Shown here one piece after another: positions 10,884-20,222 of a stretch of DNA of 64,000 nucleotides (the stretch's first letter is position 1; every line of letters starts with the position of its first letter). The notes beneath the pieces are model-generated. The model was not told the origin of the DNA and did not search any database. It worked only from the letters and a program-made list of their open reading frames with translations. Position numbers and translations under genes: made by a program. The DNA is taken from the IMG/VR virus record IMGVR_UViG_3300033816_000828, positions 1-64,000 of that record, one strand, 5' to 3'. The DNA comes from a virus.

Positions 10884-10911
10884 AAAAAATCCCCGCCGTC
10901 CTAGCGAGGAT
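10884..10911 (-). terminator. Rho-independent terminator downstream of ssb
   Basis: Minus strand ATCCTCGC-loop-GCGGGGAT followed by a T run. Confidence 0.7.
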
Positions 10912-10930
10912 CTTTTGTACTTAGATAATT

Positions 10931-11308
10931 TCAGAATGCAGTAACGACTTCTGCTGGTTCCTTATCTTTCTTCTTACCATTACCACGATTTAACTTAGCA
11001 AAATTATTTACTCTAACCTTTAAAGTAGAGTGCTTTACTCCATCCTTTTCCCACGAGTCATTTCGTAAAGATCCTTCAACCATTACAAGATCACCCTTCT
11101 TCAGAGTATCGGCAATTGCTTCGGCACCACTGTCCCAAGCCTCACACTGAACAAAAGTAGTAATTTTATCAGTGTCACCGTTTTGTTTAGTAAACTCTCT
11201 AGAAGTTGCTACTGTAAAATTAACAACAGATGTTGACTTGTTGCTAGCATTAACAGTTCTGAGTTCCGGATCACGAGCCAAATTTCCACGCAAAATAACA
11301 AGATTCAT
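10931..11308 (-). CDS. ssb: Single-stranded DNA-binding protein
   Basis: MNLVILRGNLARDPELR, CEAW, KKGDLVMVEGSL; C-terminal F. Confidence 0.95.
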   Translation of the reverse strand: MNLVILRGNLARDPELRTVNASNKSTSVVNFTVATSREFTKQNGDTDKITTFVQCEAWDSGAEAIADTLKKGDLVMVEGSLRNDSWEKDGVKHSTLKVRVNNFAKLNRGNGKKKDKEPAEVVTAF

Positions 11309-11346
11309 AAATATCTCCTTTTTGAAGTAAAACCAACTCTATAGAT

Positions 11347-11374
11347 ATAGTAGCCACAGACCATGAGGTGTCAA
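11347..11374 (-). promoter_or_regulatory. sigma70-like promoter for ssb
   Basis: TTGACA-16 nt-TACTAT upstream of an AAGGAG RBS. Confidence 0.6.
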
Positions 11375-12907
11375 CTAGATTTGCCAACACTTCTTTACAA
11401 AAATTGAGTCTTTATTTTTTGATTGTTCCAAACTAAACATTACAGTATTCCCTTCATATAAGATATTTCTTATGTTATCAAATTCTTTTGGAAATACAAT
11501 AATATCAGCAGAACCTGTTCCATCGCTTATTTTTATAAATGCCATTTCTTGACCAGGGTTTTTTCCCTTTTTTGTTTTTACAATATTAATATTAGCTATT
11601 TCTGATGCTATTAGAATATTTTTAGGTAACACTCTGTCTCTGTTGAGCCTTTGACAGTCACAATTAGCCGCTTCTGTATTTCTGGCGTCTATAATAGAAC
11701 AGGTAATCGCTATTCCTAATAGTTGTTTTTCAGTATTTGCTATCCATTCATAATTATCATCCAAGCTATATGCGGGCGCTTCTAAAGCATTGATCAGTGA
11801 TAATATAACTTCTTTTCTTCTTTTATTTGTACTATCTTTGACCTTATGTAAAATATCAATTAGTGTTGAGTTTAGATCTATATTATTAATAATTATTTCT
11901 TTTTCTCTATTGCTCAGATGTGATATTGTGTCTAAGTAAAATAGGATTTTTTTTCTAGAAATTTTCAAATAATCAAATGCTCCAACAGATATTAAATTTT
12001 TAGCTGCTGTTGAATTGATTTTATCCAGAATCCAGAATAATATCTCGTTTAGGCACATGTTAGATATTTCCAGATTATTGTTTTGGATTATATCCTTAAT
12101 TTTATTAAATACAGACTCTCCAACACCCTTTATATTTGTAAAACCAAAATAAATTATATCATCAATTAATTCAAACTCTTTATTCATTTTGGTGAAATCG
12201 GGTCTGTATATTCTAATATTATGTTCAATAGCATTATTTCCAAGATCGTTGATTTCTCTCATGGGGTCGATTTTATCTTTTGCGAACCTTAAATAAGATG
12301 TAAAAAATTGAAGTGGAAAATGAGCTTTTGCATATGCTGATACATAAGCATTAAGAGCATAACTAATAGCATGACTCTTATTAAAAGAGTATCTTTGACT
12401 TTTTTCTATCCAACTAAATATCTGCTCTGCTTCTGACTCATTAACCATATTAGTCTCTTTGCTTTTTTGTATAAACAAAGTTTTAATCTTGGCCATTTCT
12501 TGCGGATTTTTTTTGCCAATAGCTTTTCTCAACATGTCCGCTTCTGATAAATTGAAACTAGCAATTTTTTGACAAATTTGCATAGCCTGTTCTTGATAAA
12601 CCATTTCCCCGAATGTTTCAGACAAAATGGATTCCAAAGACTCATGAAAGTAGTCGATAGATTCTTTATTATTCTTTTTGTCTATATAATGGTTACTAAC
12701 AGTTTTACCATCCCTAACGGCTTCTAAGCATCCTGGTCTTAGGATACTAATAAGAGCAGCTAACTGCTCAATATTTTGTGGTTTCAGTTTTTTGGACATA
12801 CTTTGTCCAAGTCTGGATTCTAATTGAAAGACACCCTTAGTGTCCCCACTACCAATAAGATCCCATGTTTTTGGACACGATAGATCAATATTTTCAAAGT
12901 CAATCAT
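11375..12907 (-). CDS. dnaE: DNA polymerase III alpha (DnaE), C-terminal half: fingers, HhH, OB
   Basis: GVFQLES, LRPG, MVYQEQ, ADMLRKAIGKK, YSFNKSHA, IKGVG, MAFIKISD.TG. Confidence 0.92.
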   Translation of the reverse strand: MIDFENIDLSCPKTWDLIGSGDTKGVFQLESRLGQSMSKKLKPQNIEQLAALISILRPGCLEAVRDGKTVSNHYIDKKNNKESIDYFHESLESILSETFGEMVYQEQAMQICQKIASFNLSEADMLRKAIGKKNPQEMAKIKTLFIQKSKETNMVNESEAEQIFSWIEKSQRYSFNKSHAISYALNAYVSAYAKAHFPLQFFTSYLRFAKDKIDPMREINDLGNNAIEHNIRIYRPDFTKMNKEFELIDDIIYFGFTNIKGVGESVFNKIKDIIQNNNLEISNMCLNEILFWILDKINSTAAKNLISVGAFDYLKISRKKILFYLDTISHLSNREKEIIINNIDLNSTLIDILHKVKDSTNKRRKEVILSLINALEAPAYSLDDNYEWIANTEKQLLGIAITCSIIDARNTEAANCDCQRLNRDRVLPKNILIASEIANINIVKTKKGKNPGQEMAFIKISDGTGSADIIVFPKEFDNIRNILYEGNTVMFSLEQSKNKDSIFVKKCWQI

Positions 12908-13614
12908 TGAGCTGAATTTAGAAATGAGTCTTTAAATTTTATTTTGGAACCTACATTACGATGTAGTCGTAAAAATCTAATTAAAATATTTGCACAGTCC
13001 TTAACATCTTTTGTTGCATCATGAGCATTAGTTTTGTCTATACCTAAATAGTCTCTTAGATTATCTAGTGCTAATGATTTAATATCTGATATGTTTTCAA
13101 ACCATAACCAACTAACAGCCATTAAATCTATTTGATCTCTTGGATGAAATAAGTCGGTATTATTTTCTTTATTTGTATTATTGTATTTCTGGCTTAAACG
13201 ATTGATAATTTTCATATCAAATCTAATAATATTATAGCCACAAGCTATAGGAGCAGAAAACTGACTTTTGGATTTTCTAATATTAGTGTGGTAATTGTCC
13301 AAATAATTAACAAATTGATTCCAACTATATTTTTGTTCTGGATATTTTACCCAAGAATCAAATATATTCTCTTTGGTAGTATTTTTAATTTTAGCATGCC
13401 ACTCTAATATATCACTATCATTATAGAGACTGATATCAGGAGTCTTTGTATTTTCTATTCTTTCTGGCCTTAGAAATACATTAAACTCTGAATCTTTTAT
13501 AATTTCTAATCTGTGAGTATCTACAATTACAGCAGATAGCTGAACAGGACTACATACCGACGGATCAGAACCATCGGTTTCAAAATCGAACACACAAATA
13601 TTATTAGTTATCAC
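12904..13614 (-). CDS. DEDDh 3'-5' exonuclease (DnaQ/epsilon-like)
   Basis: VFDFETDG (ExoI), GYNIIRFD (ExoII), AHDATKD (ExoIII). Confidence 0.88.
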   Translation of the reverse strand: MITNNICVFDFETDGSDPSVCSPVQLSAVIVDTHRLEIIKDSEFNVFLRPERIENTKTPDISLYNDSDILEWHAKIKNTTKENIFDSWVKYPEQKYSWNQFVNYLDNYHTNIRKSKSQFSAPIACGYNIIRFDMKIINRLSQKYNNTNKENNTDLFHPRDQIDLMAVSWLWFENISDIKSLALDNLRDYLGIDKTNAHDATKDVKDCANILIRFLRLHRNVGSKIKFKDSFLNSAQ

Positions 13615-13783
13615 TATTGATTTTCTCTACTTCTTCAATTGGCTTGATCATTACTTTTTGGTTATTGCTGAGATTAACAGCATTTAAAGTTTTGCAACAT
13701 GATACTTTTTTGGGTTCGGTTTTAGTATATGTTGTATTTTTATATGTAAACTGATCTCCAACTGATAATTCTGAAAATTTCAT
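13604..13783 (-). CDS. 59-aa small protein absent from the ORF track
   Basis: MKFSELSVGDQFTYKNTTYTKTEPKKVSCCKTLNAVNLSNNQKVMIKPIEEVEKINSDN; ATGA overlap with the dnaE-N stop; fills the gap exactly. Confidence 0.7.
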   Translation of the reverse strand: MKFSELSVGDQFTYKNTTYTKTEPKKVSCCKTLNAVNLSNNQKVMIKPIEEVEKINSDN

Positions 13784-15654
13784 TTTTTATAACTCCCTAT
13801 TAATTGATTCACAAACATAATTTTGTCTAGCAATGCTATGCCTAGAATATCAAACTTTATTACTCCTAAACCGTCCAAATCATTCATTTCTAAACCAGCA
13901 ATATTTTGATTGGTTTTAGTATCAAAGATCATTGGACAAATTGAACCTAAAGGTTTAGCGGATATTGCCACTCCAGCAGCGTGTTTTGACTGATGAAATT
14001 TGGTTCCCTCCATTCTAATAGCTTGTTCAAACCTTTTGGCAAGTGGACCATTTAATTGTCCGTTTTCGTCAATTTGACACCATTCTTTAAATTTGTCTGG
14101 ATCGTTCTCTAAAGCCCACTTTATAATAGACGCCGATCCTTCTTCTTCTTTAATTTCTTGTAATTCGTCAGCTATTTTAGCCTCGTCAGGAATATGTTTA
14201 GTAATATTATTCATCTCTTCAAAAGATATATTATCATGTACCCTTAAGACTTCTTTTAAAGCCCCTCGTCCTTTGAGAGTATTAAATGTAATCATTTGAG
14301 ATACTTTATCATGACCATATTTGTCTTTAATGTATTGAATAATAGTATCTCTTTGATTAATAGGAACGTCAACGTCAATATCTGGCATGGAGACTCTAGT
14401 TTTGGTATTACGACCAGCATTATAAAATCTTTCAAATAATAAATTATACTTTATAGGATCAATATTTGTAATACCTATTAAGTATGATACCAAGCAACCA
14501 GCAGCACTACCTCTACCCGGCCCAGGAATCCACCCTTTAGACCTCACAAATTCCAATATGTCTCGTACTATTAAAAAGTAGCTGGACAAACCCGCCGTTT
14601 CTAATACCTCTAGTTCGTACTTGATTCTGTCTATATATATTTGTTGATCGTTTTTATCAATTTTTTTGTCTATTTTTTGCTTCCATCCGTCACGGCATAA
14701 TTGTCTTAAATATTCTGATTCATTTTTGAATTCTTTGGGAAATATAAAATTGGGCAAAATATGTTGACCAAGAGGGGAAAATGCTTCACACGCCGAATCT
14801 ATCAAAAAAGTATTTTCTATCTCTTCTGTATCATAAAGCTGAGACACCGTATCATTATCTAATATATGGTATTTATCAGAATTAAAAAAATGATTAAATC
14901 CAGTATCGATATTAGATAAAATCTTTTTAGATATTTCTGGTAGTGTCGTTTTGAGAGAACTGCACAATACTATTCTCTGGTCAACATGGTCATCATTATT
15001 ACAGTAGTAACTATCTATACCAGCAATACGCCTCCAATTTTCTTGTTTGCATAGTAATCGGAATTCTTCCATAACATTTAATTGATTATAATAGTCATTA
15101 AATAATTGTATCTCTATAAACACATTTTCTTCACCAAAAATACTATTCAATTGCTCAATATGATGTTTTGCTATATTTTCCCAATCTAATTTCAATTGAT
15201 TATCAGAGGTTGTATTCTTCCACAAAGAAGATCCATAATATCCAGTAATACATATTAAAGAATCATTATCTACTAATTTTTGTAGATTTTCTAAATCTAT
15301 TCTTGGTTTTTTGTGAAAAAATTGTTCCGAGTTAGTTTGTGATACTATATTAATCAGGCTTTGCCATCCCTTTAGATTTTTACATAAGATAGTAATCTTT
15401 GACAAAGATTCGTTTTCAGTATTTTTTATAGAAGCATCATGATCAGTAATAAAAATTTCACAACCTAAAATTGGTTTAATATTATTTGCTGTCATTTCTT
15501 TATAAAAAGCTATGGCTCCTGAGATATTGCCACTATCTGTTAAGGCGCAACTTTTTATACCAAGAGACAAGCATCTATCAGATATATCTTTAGGTTTAGA
15601 TAAGCCTAATTGTAAACTATAATGAGAATGAACGTGTAATGGAATATATGACAT
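13780..15654 (-). CDS. dnaE: DNA polymerase III alpha (DnaE), N-terminal half: PHP, palm, thumb
   Basis: LHVHSHYS, IKPILGCE, GPGRGSAAG, LLFERF, MPDIDVD, HAAGV, KFDILG. Confidence 0.93.
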   Translation of the reverse strand: MSYIPLHVHSHYSLQLGLSKPKDISDRCLSLGIKSCALTDSGNISGAIAFYKEMTANNIKPILGCEIFITDHDASIKNTENESLSKITILCKNLKGWQSLINIVSQTNSEQFFHKKPRIDLENLQKLVDNDSLICITGYYGSSLWKNTTSDNQLKLDWENIAKHHIEQLNSIFGEENVFIEIQLFNDYYNQLNVMEEFRLLCKQENWRRIAGIDSYYCNNDDHVDQRIVLCSSLKTTLPEISKKILSNIDTGFNHFFNSDKYHILDNDTVSQLYDTEEIENTFLIDSACEAFSPLGQHILPNFIFPKEFKNESEYLRQLCRDGWKQKIDKKIDKNDQQIYIDRIKYELEVLETAGLSSYFLIVRDILEFVRSKGWIPGPGRGSAAGCLVSYLIGITNIDPIKYNLLFERFYNAGRNTKTRVSMPDIDVDVPINQRDTIIQYIKDKYGHDKVSQMITFNTLKGRGALKEVLRVHDNISFEEMNNITKHIPDEAKIADELQEIKEEEGSASIIKWALENDPDKFKEWCQIDENGQLNGPLAKRFEQAIRMEGTKFHQSKHAAGVAISAKPLGSICPMIFDTKTNQNIAGLEMNDLDGLGVIKFDILGIALLDKIMFVNQLIGSYKK

Positions 15655-16688
15655 TATTCACCAGGAGCTTTATAAAATCCAAAAGTGTGATTTGGGTGTT
15701 TATAGTATTTTATCACAGAATCGATTCCTTGCAACTGTACATCATGAGCAATTTGTTCACATTTACACATTGTTTGTCCTTTTGGAGTAGACTCTCCATC
15801 CCTATATTCTTCTAATGGATAAATATTAGTATTTTCAAATGTGGTTTTGCCAAAATGGCATAACTTTTTACACATCCAGCTTTTATTAAGATATGGTCGT
15901 TTCACGGCTTTAATTTTATCAAACTTATCTCTTAGCATTTGTTCAGTTTTTATTAGATCTGATTTTTGGAAACACATAGAAAACGGCCCGCCATCATTTA
16001 TAAAATTGATTGTAATCATAATATTGTCTATATTAGGATATAGATGGCTTACAGCATAATGATATATTCTTAGTTGTGGATCATTTTCGAGACATTCTTG
16101 TGTTTTTTCTTTTCCTGTCGCCCAGTTTAATCTTCTTCCTGTTTTCCAATCTATAATTTCAAAAAAATTATCATCAATTTGTGTGATTAAATCTATCGTG
16201 CCTTTTAAGGCTAAATTTCCTTCTAGTACTCCATCTTCAGTATCATATGAATATTTTGCCCAAGGCTTATCTATGATAAAATCAAAATGTTGTTCTGGAC
16301 AAATTATATTCCGATTGCGAGGATCAAACATACCATTATTAAATTCTAATGTTTTATTAACCCACTTTAAGCAATCTTCCTTATCTTTATCTTTCCATTG
16401 ATGATGACTATTATTTTTTGTGTAATGGTTATATACGATATCAAATATATCTGATATACTATAATTATTAATATTAATTATTCCAGCAATATCATCAGTA
16501 AAAAGAGTATTTTTATTTTGTTCTGTTTGTTTAATAAATGCTAGTATTTCTAGTACTTTATGTACTATGGTTCCCTTATCTGCTTTTTGATTTGATGGAC
16601 CTCTCCACCCAAGCACATACTCTATAAAGTATTGCTGCTCACATAAGCTATGAGTATTGAATGACGAGCTACGAAAATATGTTATTAT
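15654..16688 (-). CDS. Cas4/AddB-like PD-(D/E)XK exonuclease with predicted Fe-S cluster
   Basis: GTIVHKVLE, GTIDLI, IIDWKTG, QLRIY, CKKLC; the frame stays open upstream of GTG 16616 and adds SSFNTHSLCEQQYF, so an ATA start at about 16688 is likely. Confidence 0.8.
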   Translation of the reverse strand: MITYFRSSSFNTHSLCEQQYFIEYVLGWRGPSNQKADKGTIVHKVLEILAFIKQTEQNKNTLFTDDIAGIININNYSISDIFDIVYNHYTKNNSHHQWKDKDKEDCLKWVNKTLEFNNGMFDPRNRNIICPEQHFDFIIDKPWAKYSYDTEDGVLEGNLALKGTIDLITQIDDNFFEIIDWKTGRRLNWATGKEKTQECLENDPQLRIYHYAVSHLYPNIDNIMITINFINDGGPFSMCFQKSDLIKTEQMLRDKFDKIKAVKRPYLNKSWMCKKLCHFGKTTFENTNIYPLEEYRDGESTPKGQTMCKCEQIAHDVQLQGIDSVIKYYKHPNHTFGFYKAPGE

Positions 16689-17281
16689 AATTGTAATAAC
16701 CCTTTCTTTTTTAGAAAAGTGAGTATAGCATAATTTTTATCTGATACAGATAAATTGTGGTTATAGACAACCAAGTCAAAATTTTTATGGTTATAGTTTG
16801 TTTGGTCTAATGCTGTTTCACTATCATGGTCAGAGTTGTGTGGATTAAGCATAAGCTTGATAACAATGCCACCAGCCTTTTTAACGGCTTCAACCTCATT
16901 AGGAAATCGACAATCTGCAATAATAGCTAATTTAGGATTTTCTGTCTTAATCTTATTAATAGTGGCTTCGGCCCAGATATTTGGTTTCATTTTTCTAAAA
17001 ATATCGGTACCGACAAACTGCATCACCTCTCTGGCGGTCATTTGTTTTCCGTCCCATTGCAAATCTGTGATTTGATTTTTAAAATTATCATCGCCATAAC
17101 ATTGTTCGTGTGATAATCCTAAAATTTTCATACAAATATCATTTTTTAACGGATCGGCAAAGTTATATATTTTAATTCCTGTACTATTACCAACAACTTT
17201 ATCATAAAAGTCAAGAATCATTTCTGATGATGATGTTTTACCGGATTGTTTTCTTCCGGCAAAAGCAATTATCTGTGTCAT
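16685..17281 (-). CDS. Deoxynucleoside monophosphate kinase
   Basis: AGRKQSGKT P-loop, FADPLK, REVMQFVGTD, DCRFPNE, HDSE. Confidence 0.88.
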   Translation of the reverse strand: MTQIIAFAGRKQSGKTSSSEMILDFYDKVVGNSTGIKIYNFADPLKNDICMKILGLSHEQCYGDDNFKNQITDLQWDGKQMTAREVMQFVGTDIFRKMKPNIWAEATINKIKTENPKLAIIADCRFPNEVEAVKKAGGIVIKLMLNPHNSDHDSETALDQTNYNHKNFDLVVYNHNLSVSDKNYAILTFLKKKGLLQL

Positions 17282-18402
17282 AAAAATACCTTTATTTCTT
17301 TTTCTATTTCTGTGGATGTCATTTCGGCTATATCATTTTTTGATATGGTAATATTTTTAATATTGTATGTTTTATGGCATTTATCATGAATTAATTTAGC
17401 TGCTTTAATACCAGCATCATCATTATCCATAATAGTAATTATAGTCATTGCGCCACTCATATCCAAAATAGTTTTCTGTCTATCTGTTAGATTTGAGCCG
17501 AATAATGCCACACTGTTATGGATATTATTTTCTTCAAGTTTCCATACATTACCAGGACTTTCTACCAGTATAACAGTGCTTGAATTCATTATATATTTTT
17601 TAGCATACCAGTAATTGTATAAATGGTCTTGAGTTTTAAAGCCAAAATTATGTCTCCATTTACTGTGTTTCCAACTGTTTTCTTCATCTGGACATTCACC
17701 ATCATGATAAGATTTACATTGGGTGCATTTTTCAAAAATACTACGTCCTGTACACCCTACCATAAATTTATGATCAATATCGTATACAGGTACCACAGCC
17801 CTGTTAAACATTTCTTTATTGGCATTCAAACAATCGCCAACATCATATTTATCTAGTATGTTTTTAGCAAAATTTCTTGATAAGAAATATTCACTAGGAA
17901 CACGTAAATGATTCCTAATATCTTGTCGTAGAATACCCTGTTTATTATTAATGGTAGTTTTTTGAAGAAGTTTAACATTGTTTACAAAAGTATTCTTGTC
18001 TTTTGTATTTTTATTGATTTTAATATCATCAAGAGATACATTTAGAAAATTTGTAGCATAATCCAGAGCCTCTTTAAACGAACAGCCCTCGTCGCCATCT
18101 TTAGACCAATTATGATTTCTGTTAGATAATATTCCACGAATAAAACCAATAATCGATCCCTTAAACGTTTCCTCACAGTGATGTGTGCGACACTTCCAAT
18201 TGCCCCTATAAAAATCTCCTACATGATACAAATTTAATGCGCTATTATTGTCACCGCCATGTATGGGACAACTCATGGAGATAAATTTACCATTAGTCTT
18301 AAATTCGAGATTAAAATGTTCTAATAAATCTTCTATACGATCACATAATTTATCGCAAATAATTTTAATTTTATTTTGATCAAATGAAGTCGATTTTTTC
18401 AT
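17278..18402 (-). CDS. DNA primase (Zn-binding domain plus TOPRIM)
   Basis: CPIHGGDN...WKCRTHHC; ILVESPGN; MDNDDAG; likely start MKKSTSF at 18402. Confidence 0.85.
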   Translation of the reverse strand: MKKSTSFDQNKIKIICDKLCDRIEDLLEHFNLEFKTNGKFISMSCPIHGGDNNSALNLYHVGDFYRGNWKCRTHHCEETFKGSIIGFIRGILSNRNHNWSKDGDEGCSFKEALDYATNFLNVSLDDIKINKNTKDKNTFVNNVKLLQKTTINNKQGILRQDIRNHLRVPSEYFLSRNFAKNILDKYDVGDCLNANKEMFNRAVVPVYDIDHKFMVGCTGRSIFEKCTQCKSYHDGECPDEENSWKHSKWRHNFGFKTQDHLYNYWYAKKYIMNSSTVILVESPGNVWKLEENNIHNSVALFGSNLTDRQKTILDMSGAMTIITIMDNDDAGIKAAKLIHDKCHKTYNIKNITISKNDIAEMTSTEIEKEIKVFL

Positions 18403-19846
18403 TTTCTGTTTGTTGTGAGCCAAATTGCTTATCATTAGTAACAAATCCTCCATTATTATTCATAATTTCTATTCTTGTTTTACCTTCTATAATTTTTGCA
18501 CACCAACCCTTCATATGACAATTAATATAGTCATTATCCTCTATTCCTGGTCCGTGTCTACTAATTACAGGAATCAGTTTTCTGTTTCCAGAATCAGAAC
18601 CATCATCCGCTATTTCTTCATCGGATTTACGTTTAAAAATGGTAAAATTGCTACACAACCATATAATTCTGTCTGATCCTGATGCTGTGTCGGTTGTTTC
18701 TTTTGTAATACCATCCCTATTTAATTGAACAAATGCGACAATTGGTAATTGATATTTACACGCAAAATTATGTAAACTCGTCATCATAAAACCCAAAACT
18801 TGATATTCTTTCATATCTTGACCAATGCCCTGACTATCCATAAGTTTCAAATAGTCATAAAAAATCACACAAGGTTTAGCAGATCCATCAGTATTTAAGC
18901 CGACCTCCTTAACTATCCATCTTTTCATAATAGATAATTGTTCATCAAACGGCTTACCCGCTATCGGTTTATAAAACAAAGGAGTCTCTTTTAATTCTTC
19001 AACAGCTTTGTTTACTTTATCTATCATTACAGTAGAATCTGTAAATTTACCAGTTTCTATTTTTGATATTTCTATTTCTGTAATCATGGCTATTAGCCTG
19101 TTTAGATGATCTTCTTTTGTCATTTCTGTATCAAGATTTAAAACTGGAATTTTTAACTTATTAGCAATATAAAATCCCATATTATCAGCTAATAGCGTTT
19201 TGCCTGTTTTTGGTCTAGCTGCTATGACATTGATTGTGCTTTTTCTTAATCCTCCACCTATAGCAGAATCATATACTGGGAATCCAGTTGAAATACCAAC
19301 TTGTTTAATCGGATTATTAATTAGATTGTCTATATAGGCTTCTAAATCTGTGGCGACGTGTGCTGGACCATTATCGCTGTCTGTTAATTTAGAAGAAAAA
19401 TTGAAAATACCATCCTCTGCAATGCTTAAGATTTGAGTGATACTTTCTTGTCCGGATACTTCTAAGATTTTATCTTTGGTTTCTTCTAATTCATTATAAA
19501 GCTTTCTGGCTATCTCTAGTTTTTTAATTTTTGCGGCGAAAGTTGTTGCATTGGCTTTATTGGCTGGAAAATCTAATATAGCCTTCAAGTGTTGAACTTC
19601 TTCTTTTCTTTGAAGAATATGATCAACGCCAATATCTTTAGCTGCTGAGTATAAAATACCAATATCTATAATAGTATTGGCATTTTGTTCTAGTATATGC
19701 TTTAGGCACTGAAATATAATTTTATTACTATCTATAGTAAATGTGGTTTCAGAAATTAGATCAGAAATTTCTAAAAATACAGATTCTCCATATTGACATA
19801 TGGTAGATAGTAAGGCTCTTTCAGCGGAAGGGTCTGATAGTATCAT
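18380..19846 (-). CDS. dnaB: Replicative DNA helicase DnaB
   Basis: STGF..D...GG, AARPKTGKT, DTEM, DYLKL, QLNR; likely start MILSDPSAE at 19846. Confidence 0.92.
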   Translation of the reverse strand: MILSDPSAERALLSTICQYGESVFLEISDLISETTFTIDSNKIIFQCLKHILEQNANTIIDIGILYSAAKDIGVDHILQRKEEVQHLKAILDFPANKANATTFAAKIKKLEIARKLYNELEETKDKILEVSGQESITQILSIAEDGIFNFSSKLTDSDNGPAHVATDLEAYIDNLINNPIKQVGISTGFPVYDSAIGGGLRKSTINVIAARPKTGKTLLADNMGFYIANKLKIPVLNLDTEMTKEDHLNRLIAMITEIEISKIETGKFTDSTVMIDKVNKAVEELKETPLFYKPIAGKPFDEQLSIMKRWIVKEVGLNTDGSAKPCVIFYDYLKLMDSQGIGQDMKEYQVLGFMMTSLHNFACKYQLPIVAFVQLNRDGITKETTDTASGSDRIIWLCSNFTIFKRKSDEEIADDGSDSGNRKLIPVISRHGPGIEDNDYINCHMKGWCAKIIEGKTRIEIMNNNGGFVTNDKQFGSQQTENEKIDFI

Positions 19847-19853
19847 TATGGTC

Positions 19854-20222
19854 TCAACCTGGAGATGAGGAACACCTATTACATTTATATCTGTCTGGCG
19901 ACTCATACAAAACAGCAGGATTTATAGACTCAGATCTTCCACAAACCCTGCACTTGACATCTATTGTTTTAAATTGTCTATTGCGTGGTGTTGGAGGATT
20001 TTTTTGTAGCATCTTATCTATTGCTACGTCTTCCTTATGTAAATTATGAAAACCCAGAGAAATGAACTTATTTTCTGTCTTTGGTTCATTTCGTTTAATG
20101 GGTTTGATCTGATGTTCTAAATCTGATTGTGTTGGTGTCGTAGGGCTAGTCTTATTTTCAGAAGACAATCCTTTTTGTAATATAGCGATTAATTGTTTAA
20201 TATCATCATTATCAAGAGGCAT
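19854..20222 (-). CDS. Hypothetical protein with C-terminal Zn-ribbon
   Basis: CRVC...CNRC. Confidence 0.6.
   Translation of the reverse strand: MPLDNDDIKQLIAILQKGLSSENKTSPTTPTQSDLEHQIKPIKRNEPKTENKFISLGFHNLHKEDVAIDKMLQKNPPTPRNRQFKTIDVKCRVCGRSESINPAVLYESPDRYKCNRCSSSPG

Noticed and set aside
12904-13783. Split intein or self-splicing intron joining the dnaE halves
   Set aside because: No intein block A at the end of dnaE-N, no HN/C block at the start of dnaE-C, and the interval is fully occupied by coupled ORFs with no room for a ribozyme core
15654-16688. CRISPR-Cas system suggested by the Cas4-like gene
   Set aside because: No cas1/cas2, effector genes or array; solo Cas4-like nucleases are common in phage replication modules
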